From NCBI GenBank assembly GCA_965207065.1, contig OZ242260.1, forward strand, positions 4,412,867 to 4,476,866: 64,000 nucleotides of DNA, in the 5' to 3' direction. The position numbers and the translations under genes are program-made. How positions within the stretch are numbered: position 1 is the first letter of the stretch; each line of letters starts with the position of its first letter. Under the pieces are notes generated by a model that was not told the origin of the DNA, ran no database searches, and saw only the letters and a program-made list of their open reading frames with translations. The stretch comes from a bacterium. Its GTDB lineage: Bacteria > UBA8248. Shown in pieces: positions 9,934 through 19,320 of this stretch.

Positions 9934-10964
9934 GGAAATACGCCCTCATGGCAGGGCTTTTCGCCGCCGCCTTGCTCCTCGCCGCACTCAGCGTCCGCCT
10001 GGGCGTGGCGGATATCGATTCCGGAAAAATCCTGAAGGTCATCCTGAGTGAACTGGGACTCATCTCAACCGAGGGGATGGGCGTCTCCGCGCATGAGCGC
10101 GCCATCGTCTGGCACATCCGGCTCCCCCGCACGCTCACGGGCGCTTTCGTCGGCGCCTCGCTCGCGCTCTCGGGCGTGATGCTCCAGGGTCTTTTCCGAA
10201 ACCCGATGGCGAGCCCCGCCGTGGTCGGGGTCAGCACGGGCGGCGCGCTGGGCGCTACGAGCGCCATCGCGTTGGGTCTCGGCGCCGCCTCGATCTGGGC
10301 CGTTCCCATGAGCGCCTTCGCCGGCGCGCTGGTGACGGTGCTTCTCGTCTCCCTCGTAGCCTCCCACAAGGGACACACGCCCCTGGGCGCGCTCATCCTC
10401 TGCGGGATGGCGATGAACGCCATCGCGGGCGCGCTGACGACGCTCGTACTCAGCTACAGCGTGAGCGATTTCGAGATCGCGCGCCAGATTCTCTTCTGGC
10501 TGATGGGGAGCCTCACGAACCGGACCTGGGAGCACGTGATCCTCATCGCGCCCTTTTTCGCCGCCTCCGGGATTGCCGCCGCGTTTTTCGGGCGCGAGCT
10601 GAACCTCATGATGTCGGGTGAGGAAGCCGCCATGGCGCTCGGCGTGAACACGGCGCGCACGAAAGCGTGGGTTCTCGTCATCGCGGCGGCGGCGGCGGGA
10701 GCGGCGGTCGCCGTAGCGGGCGTGGTCAGCTTCGTGGGACTGCTCGTCCCCCACATCGTGCGGATGCTGGCCGGGCCGGACCACCGCAGGCTCCTGCCCA
10801 TGAGTATGACGGCGGGCGCGGTCTTCGTGATGGGGATGGACCTGCTCGCGCGCGTGCTCTCGCCCGCCGGGGAGGTCCGCCTGGGCGTCCTCTCGGCGAG
10901 CATCGGCGGGCCGTTCTTTCTGTATCTCATCGTCCAGAATCGCGCGCGTGCGGAGTCCTTCTGA
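9930..10964 (+). CDS. btuC: FecCD/BtuC family ABC permease
   Basis: IRLPRTL, LQGLFRNPMASP, FVGLLVPH, IGGPFFLYL. Confidence 0.88.
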   Translation: MRKYALMAGLFAAALLLAALSVRLGVADIDSGKILKVILSELGLISTEGMGVSAHERAIVWHIRLPRTLTGAFVGASLALSGVMLQGLFRNPMASPAVVGVSTGGALGATSAIALGLGAASIWAVPMSAFAGALVTVLLVSLVASHKGHTPLGALILCGMAMNAIAGALTTLVLSYSVSDFEIARQILFWLMGSLTNRTWEHVILIAPFFAASGIAAAFFGRELNLMMSGEEAAMALGVNTARTKAWVLVIAAAAAGAAVAVAGVVSFVGLLVPHIVRMLAGPDHRRLLPMSMTAGAVFVMGMDLLARVLSPAGEVRLGVLSASIGGPFFLYLIVQNRARAESF

Positions 10965-11749
10965 TGCGGCTCGAGGCGGAGAACGCACAGGTCGAACTCG
11001 GCGAGCGCGACGCCCTCAAGGGCGTGTCGGCCGATTTCCGTCCCGGCGCGCTCACGGGCGTCATCGGCGCGAACGGCGCGGGCAAGACGACGCTCCTGCG
11101 CGCGCTCGCGGGTCTTGCGCCCTTGAAGGGGGGGAGAATCATGCTGGACGGCGAACCCATCGACGCTTTCGACAGGCGAGAGACCGCCCGCCGGGTGGGC
11201 TATCTCGCCCAGAAACAAGAACCCGCGTTCCCCTTCCGCGCCGACGAGACGGTGATGATGGGGAGATACCCGCACCAGGGCAGGCTCGCGCCCGAGACGG
11301 AGGCGGACCGCGAGGCGGTGGCTGCCGCGCTTCGCGACGTGGACGCCGAAGACCTCGCGGGCCGCGCGATCAACGAACTCTCGGGCGGGGAGCTTCAGCG
11401 CGTGCTGATCGCGAGAACGCTCGCCGCGCAAACGCCCGTCCTGCTGCTCGATGAGCCTTTTGCGAATCTCGACGTCAGGCACTGCCTCGACATCCTGGCT
11501 ATCCTGCGGGCGCAGGCTTCGGGGGGCCGGACCGTGGTCGTCTCCGCGCATGATCTGAACCTCGCGCACCGCTTCTGTGACGAACTGCTCCTGCTCCATG
11601 AGGGAGAAGTCCTCGTCTCCGGAAACCCGCGCAGCGTCCTGAGGCCCGAATTCATTGAAAAGGCTTTTGGGGTGCGCGCGCATATCCTGCCGGTGAACGG
11701 CGGGGAGGAGCGGCACTTCATCCTGCGCGCGCCGGAGGAGGAAGAATGA
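10964..11749 (+). CDS. btuD: ABC transporter ATP-binding protein (BtuD/FepC-like)
   Basis: Walker A GANGAGKT, signature LSGGELQR, Walker B LLLDEP; ATG overlaps the btuC stop. Confidence 0.88.
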   Translation: MRLEAENAQVELGERDALKGVSADFRPGALTGVIGANGAGKTTLLRALAGLAPLKGGRIMLDGEPIDAFDRRETARRVGYLAQKQEPAFPFRADETVMMGRYPHQGRLAPETEADREAVAAALRDVDAEDLAGRAINELSGGELQRVLIARTLAAQTPVLLLDEPFANLDVRHCLDILAILRAQASGGRTVVVSAHDLNLAHRFCDELLLLHEGEVLVSGNPRSVLRPEFIEKAFGVRAHILPVNGGEERHFILRAPEEEE

Positions 11750-12177
11750 AAATCGGCGACAGAGCCATCACCTGCGCAATCGCGTTCCTCCTCTTTCTTC
11801 CCGCGACGCCTGCGCCGCTCGCGCAGGAGATAAAAACGTCCGTGGACGCGCCGCCCGGTGCGCCCTCTTTCACCTTCCGGAAACGCCGCGTGCGGGATGA
11901 TGCGGACGCGCGCCTTCAGGCCATCCTCCAGCGCATCAGGCGCCACCAGCGCTACCCGGGAGTCGCGCGCGAATCGGGGGCGGAGGGCGAGGCCTCCGTC
12001 AGCTTCCGGGTTCTGCCGGACGGGCGGCTCGAGGACTTAAGAATCAAGAAGACCTCGGGCAACGCCCATCTGGACGACGCCACGCTTGAGGCGGTGCGGA
12101 AAGCGGCACCGCTCCCCTATCTGGGTAAGACACTCGTGCTGACCATACGCTATACTCTTACGCGAGCGACCGATTAA
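11746..12177 (+). CDS. tonB: Energy transducer TonB (C-terminal domain protein)
   Basis: YPGVARESGAEGEASVSFRVLPDG...TSGNAHLDDATLEAV. Confidence 0.8.
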   Translation: MKIGDRAITCAIAFLLFLPATPAPLAQEIKTSVDAPPGAPSFTFRKRRVRDDADARLQAILQRIRRHQRYPGVARESGAEGEASVSFRVLPDGRLEDLRIKKTSGNAHLDDATLEAVRKAAPLPYLGKTLVLTIRYTLTRATD

Positions 12178-12240
12178 GTTTCATTACATCACTCGTGTTT
12201 GACTGACGCGTGCGACACAATTCGCAAACGGGGTAGCAGC

Positions 12241-12816
12241 ATGAAAGTGGATGTTCTGCATCGACAGGAAACCGGGGTCGACGGGAGCCGGCAGTGCGTC
12301 TGGGAGTTCCGGCCCGGACGTGAATTCCTGGAAACCCTGCTGCGCGATCTGTTCGAGAACCATTACGGATCGCTCACGTTCGGCCCCTGCATCCAGGGGG
12401 CCGTGTTCGAGTGCCGCGTGAAATCCCCTCCCCGCAAGATCAGCTATCTGGACGGCTACCTGACCGTCGACCTGGGCGATTGGCACTTCCACCTGTGCAT
12501 CGGCGAACACCAGGGCGACGCGCAAAACCCCTGCCCGCCCGAACTGGCGCAGTGGCGAAGGTGCGCGCGGGCGATGCTCCTGCGCATTTACCAGAATCCC
12601 CCCGTCGCGGGCCACGCGCCGGTGAGCTATTCGCTGGCGCTGCTGAACGGGCGCGACGAGCAGATGGTGACCTTCTATCTCCCCAACCCGTTCTTCGACG
12701 AGTACTACCGGGTGCTCGAAACGCCCGACTGGGGAAAGCTCGCCCTGTGGAACCACATACGCACGGACTACCTCGGGCTGGAGGCGGACCCGGGGCCGTT
12801 TGAAGACCTCGCGTGA
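12241..12816 (+). CDS. Conserved-looking hypothetical protein (HFHLCIG motif) at the end of the btu operon
   Basis: Clean ORF with host-like codon usage, co-directional with btu genes; family not recognised. Confidence 0.7.
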   Translation: MKVDVLHRQETGVDGSRQCVWEFRPGREFLETLLRDLFENHYGSLTFGPCIQGAVFECRVKSPPRKISYLDGYLTVDLGDWHFHLCIGEHQGDAQNPCPPELAQWRRCARAMLLRIYQNPPVAGHAPVSYSLALLNGRDEQMVTFYLPNPFFDEYYRVLETPDWGKLALWNHIRTDYLGLEADPGPFEDLA

Positions 12817-12850
12817 GCGGAAACATCTCTCGGAAAGGCAGGAGAACACG

Positions 12851-13780
12851 GTGAAAGCGGTATTGATGCGCGGCTACGGCGGCCCGGAAGTGCTCGAATA
12901 CGCGGATACCCGCGACCCCCAAGCGGAGCCGGGGGAAATCGTCGTCGACGTCCACGCGGTGAGCCTGAACCCCGCCGACTGGAAGGTGCGCGAGGGACTC
13001 CGCAAAGGGGACGTGAAGGCGCGTTTCCCGCACATCCCGGGGCGGGATTTCTCGGGCGTCGTCCGCGATACGGGGGCGGGCGTTTCCGACTTTCAGCCCG
13101 GAGACCCCGTGTTCGCAGTCAACGAGCAAGGCTGCGAGGGAGGATACGCGGAGGCTGTCGCCATACCCGCGGCGCTCGCTGCCCCGAAGCCGGACTTCCT
13201 CTCGCACACGGAAGCCTCGGCGCTCGCCATGACGGGCCTCACGAGCTTAAGAGCCCTGGAGGACGAGGCGAAGCTGCAAGCCGGCGAGACGATTCTCATC
13301 CACGCGGGCGCGGGCGGCGTGGGCGGATTCGCCGTGCAGTACGCAAAACACGTGGGCGCTGTGGTCTACACGACGGCGAGCGCGGCGAACCACGAATACG
13401 TGAAAAGTCTGGGCGCACACCACGCCATCGACTACGGACAAGAGGATTTCGCCGAGGCCGCCCCTCCTTGCGACGTGGTGTTCGACACCATCGGCGGGGA
13501 GGTGCACGCGCGCAGCTTCGCCGTTCTCAAGCCGGGCGGACGGCTGGTTCACATCGCGGCGGGGCCGCCCGGGTTCACGCCGCCGAGAGAGGACGTGCGC
13601 GTCATCCGCCCGGACGTGCGGCGGGACCGCGCGCATCTGGGGAGAATCGTCGAACTCGCAGCCTCAGGCGCGGTGCGCCCTCCTTATATAAAGGAGATGC
13701 CGCTCGCGGACGCCGCGGCGGCGCAGGAGATCAGCAAGGCCGGCCACGTGCGCGGGAAGATTATCCTGCGGGTGCGGTAG
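12851..13780 (+). CDS. NADP-dependent oxidoreductase (MDR/quinone oxidoreductase family)
   Basis: YGGPEVL, SLNPADWK, IPGRDFSG, ILIHAGAGGVG, GKIIL. Confidence 0.9.
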   Translation: MKAVLMRGYGGPEVLEYADTRDPQAEPGEIVVDVHAVSLNPADWKVREGLRKGDVKARFPHIPGRDFSGVVRDTGAGVSDFQPGDPVFAVNEQGCEGGYAEAVAIPAALAAPKPDFLSHTEASALAMTGLTSLRALEDEAKLQAGETILIHAGAGGVGGFAVQYAKHVGAVVYTTASAANHEYVKSLGAHHAIDYGQEDFAEAAPPCDVVFDTIGGEVHARSFAVLKPGGRLVHIAAGPPGFTPPREDVRVIRPDVRRDRAHLGRIVELAASGAVRPPYIKEMPLADAAAAQEISKAGHVRGKIILRVR

Positions 13781-13781
13781 G

Positions 13782-15488
13782 CTACACCCCCTCCGCGATG
13801 GCGCTGGCGGCGCCCAAGCCTGCGATGATTCTGTTCTTCTCGCGTAAAACCCGCGTGTAGATGACGCGGCCTGAGTCGCTCTCGGGGCCGCGCTCCACGA
13901 AATGCCCGATGCACTGAAGCCCCGGAAGCCGGAACGCGCCGCTCGCCGGATCGTGGTCGAACGGCCCCGCCATGGTGTAGAGCACGGGGTTGACCGCGTG
14001 GCTCATATCGAGGAGCGCGCGGTTGGCGGCCGCGGTGTCGAGGCTTTCGATCTTCGCGTTCAACGCCTCGCACGCGCGGGCGAAGCGGGCGCCCGCCTCG
14101 CGCAGGTCGCCCAGGTCCACCGCGCCACCAGAGAGCGATTCCAGCCTGCCTATCTCCTCGTTCACGACGGCCGCCGTCGTCGCGGGATTCAGGGGCGCCC
14201 GCTCGAGCGTGCAGAGTTCGTGGAGCGCGCCCGCGTAGACGCTCGTGTGCTCGGCGAGGAGCGCCTCGTCCATCTTGTCGAGCGTGTCGGCGGGGTGATG
14301 CCAGTACTCGGGAAAGCCGTCCGCGGGGTGATCCTTCCGAAGCTCCGGGTGGCCGGGCGGGAGCACGGGCAGGAAGGAGAACGAGGGGACGCCCACTCCC
14401 CACATTGACTGGTCGGCCATCTTGCGGGGGTGGTCGGGCTGCGTACTCTGGCCGCCGATGCGCGAGACGGCGTCCTGCACCCAGTCGCGGACCTCCGCCG
14501 TGCAGAAGGGCCGGTAGAGCGTCGCGCCACGGCAGCCGGGCTGATCGATGTTGAGATAGGCGACGCAGTTCCGGCGCAGCTCTTGGAACATGTGATCCGC
14601 ATACCAGGTGGAGCCCGAGAAGCGCCCGTGCGAGTGCCCGTTCCACCAGGCCACCTTGAGGCCGCGCGTAAGCTCCCCCCTCGTCTCGTGCGCGACGCGC
14701 GCGAGCTCCATCAGGGTGGCGTCGCCCGCCGCGTTGTCGTTCGCGCCGATGTGCCAGGAGTCGATGTGCCCGCCGACGAGGACGTACTCCTCGCTGCCGC
14801 TGCCGGGCGTGATGGTGGCCACGGGCATGAGCGTCTCGCGCCAGGCGGTGTCCGTCTTCGCATGGATGAGGAGTTCGACCTCCTCCCTTCTCTCAAGGCG
14901 CTCCAGCAGCGCGGCGCCCTGCTCGCGCGAGAGGGTGACGACGGGCGTCTCAGGCATCCGCGCGATGCTCTCGGGCGTCGGCGCGCCCCAGATGGTCGAG
15001 ACGGTCAGTTCGTGCGCGTTTCCCTTGTTGACGTAGACCTGAGCGATAGCGCCCCTTCGCTCGAAGTAATAAAAGCGCGCGGGGCTCAGCATCCCCTCGG
15101 CCACGACCACCCTGCCCGCCACGGGCGTCTCCGCCGATGCGCCCGTATATAAAGGATCGCCGAACGGCGTATCCGGCGGGCCGGCCTCGCCGACATGGAC
15201 CGCCTGGCCCCTCACGCCACTCTCTCCGGTGGAGGCGCCGAAGACGGCCGTGATGGCGGAAATCGTCTCGCCGCCTTCCCCGAGCACCTCCAGCGTCGTC
15301 CCGCCCGGAATGCTGATGAGCGAGCTGAACCGGTGCACCTGTACGTCGATTCCCAGCGCGGTGAGCTCAGCCTCGACGTAGCGCACGGCCGCGTTCTCGC
15401 CCTCCGTGCCGGTGTAGCGCTCCCAGCGGCAGATGTCCTCGAGATTTCTCCACAGGGAATCGGCGTCTACTTTTTGCTGAACGGACAT
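13782..15488 (-). CDS. M28 family metallopeptidase with PA domain
   Basis: LVGGHIDSWHIGANDNAAG, YLNID, YWHHPADT. Confidence 0.85.
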   Translation of the reverse strand: MSVQQKVDADSLWRNLEDICRWERYTGTEGENAAVRYVEAELTALGIDVQVHRFSSLISIPGGTTLEVLGEGGETISAITAVFGASTGESGVRGQAVHVGEAGPPDTPFGDPLYTGASAETPVAGRVVVAEGMLSPARFYYFERRGAIAQVYVNKGNAHELTVSTIWGAPTPESIARMPETPVVTLSREQGAALLERLERREEVELLIHAKTDTAWRETLMPVATITPGSGSEEYVLVGGHIDSWHIGANDNAAGDATLMELARVAHETRGELTRGLKVAWWNGHSHGRFSGSTWYADHMFQELRRNCVAYLNIDQPGCRGATLYRPFCTAEVRDWVQDAVSRIGGQSTQPDHPRKMADQSMWGVGVPSFSFLPVLPPGHPELRKDHPADGFPEYWHHPADTLDKMDEALLAEHTSVYAGALHELCTLERAPLNPATTAAVVNEEIGRLESLSGGAVDLGDLREAGARFARACEALNAKIESLDTAAANRALLDMSHAVNPVLYTMAGPFDHDPASGAFRLPGLQCIGHFVERGPESDSGRVIYTRVLREKNRIIAGLGAASAIAEGV

Positions 15489-15679
15489 GGCGGCTCCACA
15501 TAAGAGGTATATAAAGAGGTGGCGTCCGCGCATTCTAGTACACCGCACGCCCGATGCCGAGTACGGCCAAGCGTTGCGGGCGAGGCCGCTTCGGGGGAGA
15601 ATCGGCGGGACACGCACCGGGGAGTGAGGGTTCACGGCGAGGGCATCACTCGCCCCGCTCTCCCTTTGCATGAAAAGCA

Positions 15680-15710
15680 ACCCCCCCTACCCCCCCTTGT
15701 CAGGGGGGTA
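15680..15710. repeat. CCCCCCTAC-CCCCCCTTGTCAGGGGGG REP-like palindrome
   Basis: Same unit as at ~6340, ~8875, ~8960, ~18361, ~18422 and ~18541. Confidence 0.75.
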
Positions 15711-15791
15711 AGAAAAACAAAGCCCTCCCGGGAAGGGAGGGTTCATGTTCAGCAGGGTTAGGGGTGAACCCAAACCAGGGGAACGACGTTC

Positions 15792-16181
15792 ATGTGGGCA
15801 AAGTTATCCAGGCCATTCTACCTGACGCTGGGCTGCCTCTGCCTGGGGCTGGGCTTCATCGGCCTGCTGCTGCCCGTCCTGCCGACGACGCCGTTCATCC
15901 TCGTGGCGGCGTTCGCGTTCTCCAAGAGTTCGGAGAGGCTGCACGCCTGGCTGCTCGGCCATAAACTCTACGGGCCGCTCATCACGAACTGGCAGCGTCA
16001 CGGCGTCATCCGGCCCCGGGCGAAGTGGACATCCGTCTCGCTCATCGCCGTGCTGGCTGCGCCCTCGATATATCTCGTAAGCGCGCCGGTATACGCGAAG
16101 GTTCTGCTCGCGGCGATATGCGCGTGCGTGGTGTGCTTCATCGTGACAAGGCCGGGGACGATTCCAGGGGACGGGGAGTAG
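15792..16181 (+). CDS. ybaN: YbaN/DUF454 family inner-membrane protein
   Basis: LGFIGLLLPVLPTTPFILVAAFAFSKSS...WLLGHKLYGPLI. Confidence 0.85.
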   Translation: MWAKLSRPFYLTLGCLCLGLGFIGLLLPVLPTTPFILVAAFAFSKSSERLHAWLLGHKLYGPLITNWQRHGVIRPRAKWTSVSLIAVLAAPSIYLVSAPVYAKVLLAAICACVVCFIVTRPGTIPGDGE

Positions 16182-16195
16182 GGTTTGTTTTCTTG

Positions 16196-16333
16196 TAGGT
16201 AGCGCTCTCTTCTTGGGAGCGCTACATATATGCGACCCTCATGCCACGAATCGGACGGGCCGCATATATGCGGCCCCTACAAGATCGGTGAGCAAACGCG
16301 AAAATCGGACAGGCACAGGGGCCTGTCCCTACA
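16196..16333. repeat. REP-like GTAG-palindrome cluster
   Basis: GGGCCGCATATATGCGGCCCCTAC and GGACAGGCACAGGGGCCTGTCCCTAC, matching units at 4.2-4.4 kb and 18.2-18.35 kb. Confidence 0.8.
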
Positions 16334-16363
16334 ATTCATCCGCCTTATATAAAGGAGAAACGC

Positions 16364-16753
16364 ATGAACGAGGAACGATACGAGCGCGGTCTGGACATCC
16401 GGAAAAAACTCGGCATCTACGGGGAGGACGGCCTCGCGGGCACGTTCACCGAGATGAACGAACTCACGCCGACGCACACGCGCGCCATCGTGGAGTACGT
16501 CTTCGGCACCTGCTGGAGCCAGCCCCTGCTCGACAACAAGACGCGCGAGATGCTCATCGTCGCCGCCGCCGCCGCGCAGGACCTCTACGGCGAGGTGGAG
16601 ATCCACTCGCGCGGGGTGCTGAACCAGGGGCTCAATCCGGAGGAACTCATCGAGGCCATCGTCTCGCTCGCGCCATACATCGGCTTCCCCAAGACGAACC
16701 ACGCCCTCGCGGCGGCGAAGAGCGCGATTGAGAAGAACGCGTCGGAGGGGTGA
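16364..16753 (+). CDS. Carboxymuconolactone decarboxylase family protein
   Basis: RYERGLDIR...EYVFGTCWSQPLLDNKTREML...APYIGFP. Confidence 0.85.
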   Translation: MNEERYERGLDIRKKLGIYGEDGLAGTFTEMNELTPTHTRAIVEYVFGTCWSQPLLDNKTREMLIVAAAAAQDLYGEVEIHSRGVLNQGLNPEELIEAIVSLAPYIGFPKTNHALAAAKSAIEKNASEG

Positions 16754-16843
16754 ATCGTCCCGTCACACGCGAAACATACAATTCACTCCCCACTTGAGGG
16801 GTCGGGCATCCGATGAGGGTTGAAAAATCACTCCCCCCTTGAG

Positions 16844-17013
16844 GGGGCTGTTGAAAAAGCCCTTATGAACGAGGATTCGACTCGACCGGGAAGGGACGAT
16901 TATTGTAGGGGCCGCATATTATGCGGCCCGCGTGCCCCTAACGGGGAGGGTCGCATAATATGCGACCCCTACAAACGAACAAATTTTCCCTCTCCAACTT
17001 TTTCAACAACCCC
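16844..17013. mobile_element. MITE-like element, same TIR family, carrying an inverted GTAG-REP pair
   Basis: GGGGCTGTTGAAAAA...TTTTTCAACAACCCC with 5-bp direct repeat TTGAG on both sides. Confidence 0.8.
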
Positions 17014-17125
17014 TTGAGGGTCGGTCTCCCTCGGGGAAGACCGACAACGAGACAAGGGCGAAGCCCGCAGGCGAGTTGGTGGGAGGAGCCTTTTCCGTGG
17101 CATGTCCCCCCGCTCGCGTTTCAAC

Positions 17126-18154
17126 TCACACCGCCTCGTACGCCCGGTGCACGGCGCGGCTGGCCCCGTTCCAGCCGGGCATCACCGCGCCGAGCGGCCC
17201 GTTACCGCCCGCGACGATGAGGTGCAGGTCTTCGGGCTCGTTCACGACGCGGATGAAGAAATCATCGTTATCTCTCTCCACCGGATATTCCCACCGCCCG
17301 TTCGGCTTGTCTTCGCGCCAGGGGCCGCCGCGCTTGAGCTCGCCCACCGTGCGGCCCGCGTTTTCCGTGACGTAAGCGTGCACGTCCGCCCGCGAGAAGC
17401 CCGCCCGCGCGCACAGCCTCGCGTGTTCGGGGGAGAGGACGAGCACGGTGTCCGACCGCACCCAGATGGGCCACGAACCCATCGCCGCCATGTTGTCCAT
17501 GTGGGAGACGAGCAGGCGCTTCGGGTCCCGGTCCACGTCGTTGAAGATGATGTGGGGGTTCTCCACCATCACGGCGGTGATGACGTCCTCCTCCGCGCCG
17601 TAGCCCCGCGATACGGCGAGCGACTCCCAGGGGCTCTCCTCCTCGTTCTCCGCCACGCAGAACGTGAACCGCGACGGCTGGCTGTAGATGCTCATGCACG
17701 CGACGCGCGCGACCCCGCCGCCCAGGTTGAGCAGCAGGAGCCGCACCGCGCGGCCGATGGTGGCGTTCGCCCGGAAGCCGGGGCCGAAGCAGCCCTGCCC
17801 GCCCGTGACGCCGATTCTTTTCGCGTAGGGGCCGTTCAGGATAAGCAGCGGCGCCACGCTGTGCATCGTCGCCTGCACCCCGCTCAGGTTGAGCGGCTCC
17901 TCCACGATGAGTTCGAGCGCGGCGATCACGACGGGGAGATACTCGGGCCGACAGCCGGCCATCACCGCGTGGGCCGCGACGTCGCGCACCGTGGCCGTCT
18001 CGTCGAGCGGCGGGACGGGGGTCACGACCTCATCGGGCGACCGGGACGTTCCCGCGAGCATGCGCTCTATGCGTTCTTCCGTGGGCGTGACAACGGGCAG
18101 GCCGTCCGACCAGGGTTTCTCCAGAAAGAATTCGAATTCATCCATCTCGTTCAT
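17126..18154 (-). CDS. Conserved hypothetical protein (WSDGLPVV.PT family)
   Basis: Motifs WSDGLPVVTPT, AVMAGCRPEYLPVV, GPGFRANATIGRA, ENEEESPW; function not assignable. Confidence 0.75.
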   Translation of the reverse strand: MNEMDEFEFFLEKPWSDGLPVVTPTEERIERMLAGTSRSPDEVVTPVPPLDETATVRDVAAHAVMAGCRPEYLPVVIAALELIVEEPLNLSGVQATMHSVAPLLILNGPYAKRIGVTGGQGCFGPGFRANATIGRAVRLLLLNLGGGVARVACMSIYSQPSRFTFCVAENEEESPWESLAVSRGYGAEEDVITAVMVENPHIIFNDVDRDPKRLLVSHMDNMAAMGSWPIWVRSDTVLVLSPEHARLCARAGFSRADVHAYVTENAGRTVGELKRGGPWREDKPNGRWEYPVERDNDDFFIRVVNEPEDLHLIVAGGNGPLGAVMPGWNGASRAVHRAYEAV

Positions 18155-18238
18155 GGGAGGCTCTCCGGTGAGTGTTTTCGGTGGTTTGCGTTTTCCCGAG
18201 CCTATCACGCCGGGCGTTGCCGATCATGGGGGGTGCGT

Positions 18239-18702
18239 GTAGGGACAGGCACAGGGGCCGGACAGGCACAGGGGCCTGTCCCTACGGGATCCTTGTGGAG
18301 AATCACACACGCCCGTCATTCCGGTCTCGGACAGGTCGCGACCTGTCCCTACAAAATCAACCCCCCCTACCCCCCTTGACAGGGGGGCATGAAAAGGCAA
18401 CCCCCGCGACAGGAAAAGCAACCCCCCCTACCCCCCCTTGACAGGGGGGCATGAAAAAACAAAGCCCCTGATAAAAAACCTTCCCGGCAGGGGGGTATGA
18501 AAAAACAAAGCTCCCCCGACAGGGGGAATAATTGAAAGACCCCCCTGACAAGGGGGGGTAGGGGGGGTTGCTTCTGACGAGGAGAGTCGGGGGTTCGTGC
18601 GGAAGCGGCCTTCCCGCAAAAGGCAATGCCCCCGGCAAGGGGAGTTGCGGATCGGACGCGACCGATGCGGAGACCCCGGACAGGTCACGACCTGTCCGCT
18701 AC
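18239..18702. repeat. Mixed REP cluster (GTAG-type and CCCCCCTTGACAGGGGGG-type)
   Basis: At least 6 palindromic units; last REP cluster seen in the window. Confidence 0.8.
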
Positions 18703-18750
18703 GCACCCCCCTCACCTGCCGGTTTCTCCTTTTTCCGCCGAAAAGATTCC

Positions 18751-18909
18751 TTGACAATTATGAAAATTATCGCGCAATATGGATGCGTGCGACACAATCC
18801 GCGGGGTGGAGAGGCTTCGGCTGCTCGCCGTCCACGAGGCGACCTTCCGACGGAAGGTCGAAATAGGCGAGAAATCACCTTGACAAAACGGAAAAGGCTG
18901 TAGCAATAT
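18751..18909 (+). promoter_or_regulatory. Two tandem sigma70-like promoters TTGACA-N18-CAATAT
   Basis: TTGACA 18751 with CAATAT 18775, and TTGACA 18880 with CAATAT 18904. The same twin arrangement is on the minus strand at 48943 and 48816. Confidence 0.65.
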
Positions 18910-18915
18910 CAAGTC

Positions 18916-19041
18916 TGCGACACGTTCCATGAGGTGCAGTCGACTTCGGGCTGCCCGCTGAATACAAGACGACCCTCTTCCGGAGGGCCGGAATAGGCGG
19001 GAACCCACCTCAAGTACCTATACCTCGTGGATTGTGTCGCA
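18916..19041 (+). ncRNA. Candidate structured RNA (unit B), unknown family
   Basis: 20-bp closing stem 18916-18935/19022-19041 with two G-U pairs, internal hairpins, starting 7 nt after a -10 box. Confidence 0.5.
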
Positions 19042-19199
19042 ACCAGCCCGGACTGCGACGCATCCTTATCGTCGCACCCCCCGCGCTGTTTGAATCGATC
19101 ACAAGCGGCATGAAAACTGCCCGTTTATATACGCGAGATGAAGGAGGCTCATCGGAGGAAGCTGTAACTGCGTTGATACACCTTTTTTGAATCTAAGTT

Positions 19200-19320
19200 T
19201 GCGACACGTTTCACGAGGCGCGGTCATCTTCAGGATGACGGCAAAAAGGCGGCCTTCACCCTTGATGGCCGAAGGGATAATGGGAACCCACCTGAACCAC
19301 CAACCCTCCTGAAACGTGTC
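19200..19320 (+). ncRNA. Candidate structured RNA (unit C), paralog of unit B
   Basis: Closing stem GACACGTTTCACGAGG/CCTCCTGAAACGTGTC; shares GGGAACCCACCT with unit B. Confidence 0.45.

Noticed and set aside
18360-18570. CRISPR array (regularly spaced repeats)
   Set aside because: Units are REP palindromes found dispersed and in both orientations, and the intervening sequences resemble each other.
18916-19320. 6S RNA or c-di-AMP riboswitch assignment (GGGAACCCACCT, CGCTGAAT)
   Set aside because: Only short motif overlap; overall length and architecture do not fit, so left as an unknown motif.
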